From: Alphaproteobacteria bacterium
Lineage (GTDB): Bacteria; Pseudomonadota; Alphaproteobacteria; CBDBCS01
DNA length: 64,000 nt
Assembly (NCBI GenBank): GCA_965203415.1
Contig: CBDBCS010000006.1
Coordinates: 702,500-766,499 of the forward strand
Direction of reading: 5' to 3'
The notes under the pieces are model-generated. The model made no database searches. It saw nothing but the letters and a program-made list of their open reading frames with translations, and was not told the origin of the DNA. The position numbers were made by a program, and so were the translations under genes. This document shows positions 51,518-60,128 of the stretch, one piece after another. Each line of letters begins with the position of its first letter. The first letter of the stretch is position 1.

Positions 51518-52399
51518 CTATTGGTGCCCGCCTCTCGAGAGTTTGTGTATAAACCATTCGTATAGGCCGCGCGGGAGGCAGACTCTGGCATACCACAGAC
51601 CTGTGGGCGCTAAACCCGGGCGAAGGCGGAGCGGCGGGCGCCGGCGCCGCTCGATGAGCTTCACCAGTTTTTTCGCCACCTGCTCGGGCGTAAGCGTCAA
51701 CATCGGGGCCCCGCGTTTCCGATGAAGCCGAGACATCACGTTCTGGTAATTCTCCCTGTGGCGCGAAGCTTCCAGATCTAGATACCGACGCGCATAGGGC
51801 AAAGAGCCCTTGCGAAAATCGGATTCCACGGGGCCCAATTGAACACTCGTCAGGCGTATGTTCTGGCCGTAGAGCTCGTGGCGGAAGGCCTCGACGATGC
51901 CCTCCAGCGCGAATTTGGCCGAGACATAAGCCGCCCGATACGGCAAAGCCGAGAACCCAAAAACAGAGCTTATAAAAATAAGCTGACCCGCCCGCCGCTG
52001 GAGCATGCCGACTAAAAGACTGTTGGTGAGCTCTATGGTCCCGTATAAATTGGCCTCGAATTGCAGGCGTAAGGCCCGGCGCGTGAGGTCCTCGGCGGCC
52101 CCGGGCACTTGAAACCCGGCATTGGCGATGAGAACGTCTATCGTTTTGCCCTCGCGTTCTAGGCGCGCGACCAGAGCCTTGATGGAAGAGCTCTCGGCTA
52201 AATCCAATTTGTATAGATCCGGCACGCCGGCCGTGGCGGCCTGCCCCGGCTCGCGCGAGGTCCCCAGAACCTCATGACCGGCTCGGCGGCCTATGTCCAG
52301 AAAGGCCCGGCCAATCCCGCGCGAGGCGCCGGTTACCAAAATCGTTTTCGGCTTCCTCGAACGCCGTGCGCGCGACGCGGACAGAGACGCCTCAGCCAT
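51518..52399 (-). CDS. Classical short-chain dehydrogenase/reductase
   Basis: TGASRGIG, ANAG, ISS and catalytic YVSAK motifs; 8-bp overlap with the upstream fusion gene. Confidence 0.93.
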   Translation of the reverse strand: MAEASLSASRARRSRKPKTILVTGASRGIGRAFLDIGRRAGHEVLGTSREPGQAATAGVPDLYKLDLAESSSIKALVARLEREGKTIDVLIANAGFQVPGAAEDLTRRALRLQFEANLYGTIELTNSLLVGMLQRRAGQLIFISSVFGFSALPYRAAYVSAKFALEGIVEAFRHELYGQNIRLTSVQLGPVESDFRKGSLPYARRYLDLEASRHRENYQNVMSRLHRKRGAPMLTLTPEQVAKKLVKLIERRRRPPLRLRPGLAPTGLWYARVCLPRGLYEWFIHKLSRGGHQ

Positions 52400-54752
52400 C
52401 GGGCCGCCTATCGGACTTATCAGGCCTGGCCTCGCCGGACGTCGCCGAGGCGGCCGAACGCCTAGAACCCGAAGCTTTCAAAGACCAGCGCAGAGACCGC
52501 AAGCGCCCCCGCCTCGCGGGCCCCGCCACGGGCGACGCTCTGTCAAGGTTCTCGAGTTCCATCGCTCGGAAGCTGTTCATAATGTGTGTCTCTACGTCGC
52601 TGACCGGATGCGAGGCATCCAGAAAAACCGGGGGGCCAACATTGAGGGCCGCTCGCTTGAGATCTATCTTGCCCTGCATGGCTCGGTAAAGCCAGCCCAG
52701 AGCCCGGAAAAATAGACCTCGCGGGTCCGCCCGAGACGCCCCACGGTGCAACTCATCCTGAAGCTGTGCCTCATCGGCTCGTTTGTCGTAACGAATGTGA
52801 ATCGGTAAAAAAGCAAAGGGCTGGCCGGTCTCGCTCAGAAGACGAAAGAGCCCCTTCTTGAAGGGGAGAATCGCTCCCGTCCGAGACCGACGTCCCTCGG
52901 GAAAAAACATAAACGGGCGTCCACTTTTGACGACTCTTTCTATGTCGCGTCGAAGAATCGGGATGTCCTTTTTTTTAGGCTCACGCTCTATAAAGAAGAC
53001 GCCGAAATAGCGCATCATCAGCGCAATGAGACGCATGCGGCGAAACTTACCCGTCGCCGCAGTCTTCAAAGCGCGCATCTTCAGTTCCGGACGGACGTAA
53101 GTTAAAAAATAAACGAGTAAAAAGTCAAAATAGCTCTTATGAGTCGGCGTGATGACCAATTGATAGCCCGGCGGGATTTGCGAAAGAGCCGCAATCAAAG
53201 CCTCATAGTTCAGGTGCACCGCCTGGAACGACCGGAAATAAACCGGAAAGGCCACCAAGCAAATCAACCAGAAAAAAAGAGAAAACCCGACACGCGGTAC
53301 AATGAAGCGGCGCGTTCGGCGATACCCTCGATAGGAACGCCCGCCCAGCGTGACAACGCCCTGATTGGTTCTGAGAAGATAGCGCGTGACACCATGATTG
53401 ACGAGAAGATGATAGAGACGTCCGCTACGCGCCGGCCCATACCGACATGGGTCGGCATCTTGAAAAGAAAATTCCTGCGAAAAAAAGCCTCGAAGCTCTT
53501 TGTTGAGGATGGCCCCCGGTGCCTCCTGTCGGCGCAGGCGGCGGGCCTCGGGTCCCTGGCCTGTCCGCTCGAGACGCCGCAGATAAAGTGCCCGAGGGAG
53601 GGCCTCCAGGAAAAACGACAGCAGACGAAAAAGCCAGGCCCGGCGCACAATAAAAGGACGATAGCGATACCCTCGCGGCGGAAAATGACGAAAAACGTCA
53701 TAGGCCGTGTTGCGCAGGTCCTGGATTTTCAAAAGATGGGCGCTCGACGCGGTGGCGTACACCACAAGGGGGCTCTTGTCGTCCGCCGAGTCTGGGACGC
53801 GTTGCACCGTCGCCAGCAGGCGGGCGGCCACAAAGTCTACCGGCACCAGATTCGGGCGCACCGCAGGCTCGCAGAGCATCCCAGGCACCTGACCATTGGC
53901 GAAACCGGACAAATACGCACTATAGGCCGTCTGAGCGTCCGTCCAGCCCGGAACAGGGTCACGAAGAGCCCCCGCTAAAAGCGCAGGACGCAGCATCGAT
54001 AGCGCAAAACGCATGGCGCCTGCGCGATGACGCGTCCAGAGTAAATGCTCGGCCACCGCTTTCGCAAAGGCGTGACCGTTCGCGAAACCGTACTCGTGGT
54101 AATCGAAGAATTGGTTGTCCCATGCGCTTTCCTGCATCGTGCGATAGAGGTCCTCGGGGTCGCGCCCGCCAAGCGGCGGGAGAGCCAAAGGCGCGGGGGC
54201 GGGAGTCCGCACCACGCCGCCGCCGCTTCCCGGACGACCTGGCCACACATAAGCCGTCGAGACATGCACGAAATGGCGTAAATTCGGCATGAAGCGCGCC
54301 AGGTCCAGAACGTGAAGCCCCATCCCGACCGTGAAACGCGCGGACACCACCAGCGGGACGTCGAAACGCACGGCGTCCGCTATATGTACGAGATGGGTCG
54401 TCTCGCGGAGCAGCATCGAGCGGTCTTGAGGCTCTAAATCGAGCCCCGGCGACGTCAGCCGCGCCGGCACAATCCGACATTTTTTTCTGAAAGCGGCGAA
54501 ACGCGCCAAAACCTCGGGAGGAAACCTCTCCAGAGCGGCTTCAAAACGCGCCCGGGCGGAACGAGCTCCCTTGTCTCGAACGAGAACAAAAATACGACCT
54601 ATCGAGGCGGCAGGCGTCCCAGAAGACACACCCGAAGCCATGCCGGGCACCGATAAAGTCGACTCCGATGAAGCGGATTCCAGAGCCAGAAAATAGAGAA
54701 AAACTTTCCCTAGAAATCCATTCGCCCCCGTGACCAAATAATTGCTTAACAC
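52392..54752 (-). CDS. Fatty acyl-CoA reductase (extended SDR, male-sterility type) fused to a PlsB/GNPAT-type glycerolipid acyltransferase
   Basis: N-terminal VTGANGFLGK, H.A..VRFD, HVSTAYV, AKAVAEHLL, LRP..DPVPGW and NLVPVDFV; C-terminal PTHKSYFDFLL, GVFFIER, FFPEGRRSRTG and LPIHIRYDK. Confidence 0.85.
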   Translation of the reverse strand: MLSNYLVTGANGFLGKVFLYFLALESASSESTLSVPGMASGVSSGTPAASIGRIFVLVRDKGARSARARFEAALERFPPEVLARFAAFRKKCRIVPARLTSPGLDLEPQDRSMLLRETTHLVHIADAVRFDVPLVVSARFTVGMGLHVLDLARFMPNLRHFVHVSTAYVWPGRPGSGGGVVRTPAPAPLALPPLGGRDPEDLYRTMQESAWDNQFFDYHEYGFANGHAFAKAVAEHLLWTRHRAGAMRFALSMLRPALLAGALRDPVPGWTDAQTAYSAYLSGFANGQVPGMLCEPAVRPNLVPVDFVAARLLATVQRVPDSADDKSPLVVYATASSAHLLKIQDLRNTAYDVFRHFPPRGYRYRPFIVRRAWLFRLLSFFLEALPRALYLRRLERTGQGPEARRLRRQEAPGAILNKELRGFFSQEFSFQDADPCRYGPARSGRLYHLLVNHGVTRYLLRTNQGVVTLGGRSYRGYRRTRRFIVPRVGFSLFFWLICLVAFPVYFRSFQAVHLNYEALIAALSQIPPGYQLVITPTHKSYFDFLLVYFLTYVRPELKMRALKTAATGKFRRMRLIALMMRYFGVFFIEREPKKKDIPILRRDIERVVKSGRPFMFFPEGRRSRTGAILPFKKGLFRLLSETGQPFAFLPIHIRYDKRADEAQLQDELHRGASRADPRGLFFRALGWLYRAMQGKIDLKRAALNVGPPVFLDASHPVSDVETHIMNSFRAMELENLDRASPVAGPARRGRLRSLRWSLKASGSRRSAASATSGEARPDKSDRRPDG

Positions 54753-54787
54753 AGCCGGAGCCTACGCAAAAAAACAGGCCGAATCAA

Positions 54788-55398
54788 GCAGAACAACAAG
54801 CAAAGACAAACTCCCCGGGCGGGAATAGACCAGGAACACACGTGGACGTTCCACCGAACGTTCTCCCAGGCGTTCTCCAGGCGTTCGCCGACCCGTTCCC
54901 CGACGCAACGTGCCCCTATCAGGCTTGTGCCGCCGCTCCCAGCTCAAACAAGAGCCTCAGAGACCCCCTCGGCGTTTCCGCTGGGCGAGCCGGCCGGGCC
55001 CAAATGCTCCCGATTGTCGCGCAACCACGCATCAACAACGGGGCCACGGGCCGGAACGGCTCCAATACCGCTTGCACGAGGCCGCCAGCTTGGCCGCCAG
55101 CACCTTATAGCCGGGTAGACCAGACCGGCGGACAAGGTGTAGGCGTAGCCGTGCTCGTCCATAGAATGGTCATCGGCTGTGCCGAGGGCCCTGTCCTCTT
55201 TGAGAAGGCAGAACAACAGGCATAAGACAAGCTCCCCGGGCGGGAATAGACCAGGAACACACGTGGACGTTCCACCGAACGTTCTCCAGGCGTTCGCCGA
55301 CCCGTTCCCCGACGCAACGTGCCTTATCAGGCTTGGTGCCGCCGCTCCCAGCTCCATAGAGCGCTCCCAGCTCGAACGGCACGCCTCAGAGAACCCCC
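54788..55398. repeat. Two diverged ~180-190-bp direct repeats (54788-54968 and 55208-55398) flanking a ~240-bp unique spacer
   Basis: Shared core CTCCCCGGGCGGGAATAGACCAGGAACACACGTGGACGTTCCACCGAACGTTCTCC...GCCGCCGCTCCCAGCTC; offset about 420 bp. Confidence 0.93.
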
Positions 55399-56250
55399 CA
55401 GCCGACTTCCCGTCCGCTCGACCGGTTTTTTCACGGGGACCTGGTCTCTCGCCCGCTTCGGGCCGGGCAAACAAAAAAGCCTCCATCCCCATTTTACAGA
55501 GAGGAAAACGAGGCCTAGTCGGGCTCGGGCGGCGAGCACTGGGCATAGACATCGGACGGGCTACACCACTGTATCGGCAGCGCGAACCCTCGTTTATAGG
55601 CCCGCCACGGGCCGTCCTGGGCGCGAAAGCGGCGGACGGACGTCCGCAGCCGCTTCACCAGAGGGTCAAATCCAGGGAGGGTGGCGGCGAAGGTAATCGA
55701 GCTCGTCCCAGCCCACGCCCTGCCCTCCGCGCAGGAGGGCGTCTAGGGAAAAAAGACGGCACCCCTTCAACACAAGGTCGCCGTCTCGATTCAAAGAAGC
55801 CGATTCGATTTCGATAACGGGTCTCCCGCCACCGGGTGCGGTATTCCTCGGCGTTATCGATTCGAATCATCCGAACAAGGGCTTTGAGCCCACCGTTCTC
55901 GCCCGCCCGGGCGAAGAAACGGAAAGGGGTATAGCGGGGAGACGGCCTACGCATCGGGTTCGTCCTCCAGGCGGGGCGCCCAGATGCCCATCCAGATGCC
56001 CCCGTATTGCATGGACTCATACACCCATAAAACAGAACCGAAAAGACAGCACTAGAAGCCCCAAAAGCCGCCAGATTTTGAACTTGATTTATACCACGTT
56101 CCGGCGTAGGGTTACAGGCGTGGCGCGGGAAAAAAGGGAAAATAAGGCGGCGCAGACGGAGGCCGAGCTTGGCTGCACGTGTCTCTTTGAGGTGCCATCC
56201 TGAGGTGTCGTTGCGTGAGCCCCTATGACCGTTCTCCATGACCGTTCCTC

Positions 56251-57705
56251 ATGACCGTTCTTTGTAAATGCGTCCGGAGCTCGGCTTTTTTGATGCCGAC
56301 GCTCCGGGAAGTCCCCGCCGAGGCCGCCATTGCCTCGCATCGGCTTATGCTGCGAGCCGGGATGATCCGACAATCCAGCGCTGGGATTTACATCTGGCTG
56401 CCTCTGGGCTTGCGCGTTTTGTACAAAATCGCCGACATTGTGCGCGAGGGACAGAATGACATCGGCGCCCAAGAACTCCTTCTGCCGACCCTCCAGCCGG
56501 CGGAACTCTGGGAGCGTTCGGGCCGGTATGACAGCTATGGCGATGAGATGCTCCGATTGCGCGACCGCCACAACCGACCCATGCTCTACGGGCCGACCAA
56601 TGAAGAGCAAATCACAGAACTCGTTCGACAATGCGCGCTCAAACCCGGAGACTTTCCGCAACTGCTCTATCAAATCCAGTGGAAATTTCGCGACGAACGC
56701 CGCCCTAGATTCGGCGTGATGCGCGGCCGCGAATTTTTAATGAAAGACGCCTACTCTTTCGACCTGACCGAGGAACAAGCGATGAAAGTGTATCGCCGCA
56801 TGTTCGTCGCTTATCTGAGAATTTTCGGCAGGCTCGGCTTACGGCCCATCCCGATGCGCGCCGAAACCGGGACCATCGGCGGGTCGTGCTCGCACGAGTT
56901 TATCGTGCTCGCTCCGACCGGCGAGAGTCTCGTCTATTGCGACCGACGCCTCATGAGTCTGGAGATGCCGGCGTGGCAACCGGAGCCGGACTCGACCGCC
57001 TCGGAAGACGAACAAAACGCCCACATCGAGGCTCTGTTCGACAATTGGACAAGCGGCTATGCCGCAACTCAAGATACCCATCAACCAGACCAGTTCGAGC
57101 AGCTGGCCCCAGACAGACAGGCAACCGCTAGAGGCATAGAGGTCGGCCACGTCTTTTATTTCGGGACGAAATACGCCGAAGCCCTGGGGTGCGCGGTTGC
57201 CTCGGCGGCGGGGAAGGCGGGAGCGTTTGTACACTCGGGGTCTTACGGGATTGGCATCTCCAGGCTCGTGGCGGCCCTCATAGAGATTTTTCACGACGAG
57301 CGCGGGATCACCTGGCCGGTTCAGATGGCTCCATTTGATGTCCATCTCGCCAATCTGGCCCCCGAGGACGCCGCGAGCCTCCGGTTTTGCGACGAAGTGT
57401 ACGCGCATTTGGCCCGAGCCGGCCTCGAAGTTCTGTATGACGATCGAGCCCTCCGGCCGGGGGTCAAATTCGCCGATATGGACCTGATTGGCATTCCTTT
57501 CCGAGTCCTGGTCGGGCAAAAAAATACGGCGGCGCGGTGTTTGGAGCTCTCGCGGCGGGACGGGTCTCGCCAAGAGCGACTCCGATTCGAGGACCTGCTT
57601 CCCCGCTTACGAGCTCTCAGGGCCCAGGCGTTCGGGCAAGACCGGGGAGACCCGAGACAGACGGACCAGCCTCTCCCTGAACGGGCGGACGGTGAGCTGT
57701 GCTAA
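56251..57705 (+). CDS. proS: Proline--tRNA ligase (short alphaproteobacterial type)
   Basis: PTLRE.P.EA...SHRLMLRAG, GPTNEE, KFRDERRPRFGVMRGREF.MKDAYSF, GIEVGHVF and YGIGISR motifs. Confidence 0.98.
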   Translation: MTVLCKCVRSSAFLMPTLREVPAEAAIASHRLMLRAGMIRQSSAGIYIWLPLGLRVLYKIADIVREGQNDIGAQELLLPTLQPAELWERSGRYDSYGDEMLRLRDRHNRPMLYGPTNEEQITELVRQCALKPGDFPQLLYQIQWKFRDERRPRFGVMRGREFLMKDAYSFDLTEEQAMKVYRRMFVAYLRIFGRLGLRPIPMRAETGTIGGSCSHEFIVLAPTGESLVYCDRRLMSLEMPAWQPEPDSTASEDEQNAHIEALFDNWTSGYAATQDTHQPDQFEQLAPDRQATARGIEVGHVFYFGTKYAEALGCAVASAAGKAGAFVHSGSYGIGISRLVAALIEIFHDERGITWPVQMAPFDVHLANLAPEDAASLRFCDEVYAHLARAGLEVLYDDRALRPGVKFADMDLIGIPFRVLVGQKNTAARCLELSRRDGSRQERLRFEDLLPRLRALRAQAFGQDRGDPRQTDQPLPERADGELC

Positions 57706-57741
57706 CGCGCGGCAACAGCAGAACGATACGAGACAAAAAGC

Positions 57742-58986
57742 ATGGTCTCCGGGGTTGAGTTTCTGATTGCGTGGCGTTATTTGCGAGCCCGCCGGCGCGA
57801 GGGTTTCATCTCGGTCGTGGCGATCTTTTCTTTTCTCGGCATCATGCTGGGAGTGGGCACGTTAATCGTGGTCACCTCGGTGATGAATGGCTTCCGAGCG
57901 GATCTCTTTGATCGGATTCTGGGCGTAACAGGCCATATGCGAGTCCTGGCCCGCGACGGCATCCAGGACTATGGCGACCTGGCCCAGACGCTGGCGGCCC
58001 AGCCTATGGTCCGCACGACGACCCCTCTGATTGAGAGACAAATCTTGGTCTCTGCCAATCAGCGTTCACGCGGGGCTCTGTTGCGGGGGATTACCGCCGA
58101 GCGTTTTCTCGAACGCGACCATCTTGCGCAATCGATCGGTCCGGACGTGGACATGGCTAATTTTGACCAGCAATCGGACCTTTTGGTCGGCTGGCGTCTG
58201 GCCCGAGAACTCGGCCTCCAGCAGGGCAGTAGCTTTACGCTCATTTCGCCCGAGGGGCAGATTTCGCCTTTCGGCCAATTGCCGCTGCTCAAGACCTATC
58301 GAGTCGCCGGCCTGTTCGAGGTCGGCCAATATCAATACGATGCCAATTTTGTCTTTATGCCTCTGAAGGAGGCCCAAACCTTACTCAATCTGCCCGACCA
58401 GGTCACCCGGATCGAGATAGACTCCATCGATGCGGAGCGCGCGGAAAGCTTCGCCGCAACCCTGAGAAACTTCCTGCAAGAAGGCCAGGTGATTCTGACT
58501 TGGCAACGCGTCAATGGAGCCTTTTATGAGGCCATTCGAGTCCAGAAAAATGTGCTGGTCCTGATCCTGACGATGATTGTCCTCGTCGCCGGCTTCAACA
58601 TTATCTCGGGGCAGATCATGCTCGTGCAGGATAAGACCAAAAGCATCGCCGTTCTAAGAGGACTTGGGGCTCAACAGGGTTCTATTCTGAGGATCTTCTT
58701 CGTGACCGGAGCTTTCATCGGCGTCGTCGGCACGGGCCTGGGCGTGCTGCTGGGACTCCTTTTTGCCGCCAATATAGACCGGCTGAGGGCGTGGCTCGAG
58801 ACGTTTCTGGACCAGGACCTGTTTAACGCCGAGATCTACTATCTGACACAACTCCCGTCTAAAACCGATTATAACGAGGTCGTGGTGATTGTGATTGCAG
58901 CTCTCTTGATCACGTTCGGAGCAGCTCTTTATCCGGCGTGGCGCGCCGCTCGCGTCGACCCCGTCTTGATTCTCCGCTACACCTAA
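57742..58986 (+). CDS. Lipoprotein-releasing ABC transporter permease LolC/E
   Basis: IAWRYLRARRREGFIS, VTSVMNGF, VAGFNII and YPAWRAARVDP motifs. Confidence 0.96.
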   Translation: MVSGVEFLIAWRYLRARRREGFISVVAIFSFLGIMLGVGTLIVVTSVMNGFRADLFDRILGVTGHMRVLARDGIQDYGDLAQTLAAQPMVRTTTPLIERQILVSANQRSRGALLRGITAERFLERDHLAQSIGPDVDMANFDQQSDLLVGWRLARELGLQQGSSFTLISPEGQISPFGQLPLLKTYRVAGLFEVGQYQYDANFVFMPLKEAQTLLNLPDQVTRIEIDSIDAERAESFAATLRNFLQEGQVILTWQRVNGAFYEAIRVQKNVLVLILTMIVLVAGFNIISGQIMLVQDKTKSIAVLRGLGAQQGSILRIFFVTGAFIGVVGTGLGVLLGLLFAANIDRLRAWLETFLDQDLFNAEIYYLTQLPSKTDYNEVVVIVIAALLITFGAALYPAWRAARVDPVLILRYT

Positions 58987-59085
58987 CCCGACACACAAGC
59001 GAACAGACAAATAGGCGAAGAACGTGAGACCATACAGGCAGACGCCCGAACAGAAACACGCCGCCATGAGGCGGCCTCACACACC

Positions 59086-59940
59086 ATGAGGGCGCCACCC
59101 CAGAGCCGGCAGCACCCAATGGGGGGCCGAACGGCGGGAAAAGAGGCGGCCGCAAAACCTAAACGACCTTCATCCTCCCCCAGAAAAACGCCCAAAGAGA
59201 CCAACAGCCCGAGCCCCCCCGGAGCCATAACCGGGACAACCCCCAGGGCCGAGGCTCCTGTTTTGATGCAGGTTTCAGGCCTAGGACGCTGGTTCGGGCG
59301 AGACCCTCAAAAGCGTCTCGTTTTATTCGAGGAAGCCGGGTTCGAGCTCCGCCGGGGCGAGATTGTCGCGCTCGTCGCCCCAAGCGGGAGCGGCAAAACA
59401 AGCCTTCTGCAAACCCTGGGCCTGCTGGACCGCCCGGATGCCGGGAGTCTCGTGTTTCTGGGCGAGCAGCTGGAACACATGACCGATAAACAACGCACGC
59501 GCTTCCGACAAAAACACATCGGCTTCGTCTATCAATTCCATCATCTCTTGAATGAGTTCTCTGCCTTGGAAAATGTGACGCTTCCGATGCGGCTCGCCGG
59601 GGCTTCGCGGAGCGCGGCTGGGCACCGGGCTCGACAGCTTCTGGGACAGGTGGCCCTCGCCGAGCGAGCCCACCACCGGCCCGCCGAACTGTCAGGCGGC
59701 GAACAACAACGCGTGGCTCTGGCTCGGGCCATGGCGAACGACCCTGAACTCTTGCTGGCCGACGAGCCGACAGGCAATCTGGACCCTCAGATTGCGGCGA
59801 CGGTTTTCGAACGCCTCCTGGCTCTGGTGCGAGAGCAGGCTAAAACAAGTTTTATCGCCACCCATAACCACGACTTGGCGAAAAAAATGGACCGCGTGCT
59901 GACGATCCGAGACCAACGTATCATAGAGGTCAATCTATAA
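59086..59940 (+). CDS. lolD: Lipoprotein-releasing ABC transporter ATP-binding protein
   Basis: [34 protein letters not shown] and ADEPTGNLD motifs; start uncertain (low-complexity N-terminus). Confidence 0.95.
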   Translation: MRAPPQSRQHPMGGRTAGKEAAAKPKRPSSSPRKTPKETNSPSPPGAITGTTPRAEAPVLMQVSGLGRWFGRDPQKRLVLFEEAGFELRRGEIVALVAPSGSGKTSLLQTLGLLDRPDAGSLVFLGEQLEHMTDKQRTRFRQKHIGFVYQFHHLLNEFSALENVTLPMRLAGASRSAAGHRARQLLGQVALAERAHHRPAELSGGEQQRVALARAMANDPELLLADEPTGNLDPQIAATVFERLLALVREQAKTSFIATHNHDLAKKMDRVLTIRDQRIIEVNL

Positions 59941-60120
59941 ATGGAACCCCAGGAGAAACACCGGATGCAAAAGGAAAAACTGGCCCAAGAACATCGGGCT
60001 CTAGAGGAAAAACTGCGCGAATTGAACCGGAGCCCCACGCCGAATCAAGAGGCTATTCAAGCGGCTAAAAAACGCAAACTGCAGATCAAAGACGAACTGG
60101 CCCGCCTCGAACGCCCGTAG
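59941..60120 (+). CDS. Small coiled-coil DUF465/YdcH-family protein (59 aa, not in the ORF track)
   Basis: MEPQEKHRMQKEKLAQEHRALEEKLRELNRSPTPNQEAIQAAKKRKLQIKDELARLERP carries the EH..L and KK.KL..KDE pattern; starts immediately after the lolD stop. Confidence 0.85.
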   Translation: MEPQEKHRMQKEKLAQEHRALEEKLRELNRSPTPNQEAIQAAKKRKLQIKDELARLERP

Positions 60121-60128
60121 GCACGAGG

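Noticed and set aside
54970-55207. cas1 remnant (LEPFRP..VVD) or trpB remnant (SAGLVYP resembling SAGLDYPG)
   Set aside because: Matches are only 6-8 residues, need frame changes and have the wrong spacing to other family motifs; not supportable without a search
55655-56239. 194-aa minus-strand ORF (also 54944-55552 and 51084-51596)
   Set aside because: No recognisable domain, atypical composition, and overlaps repeats or hairpins; better explained as non-coding
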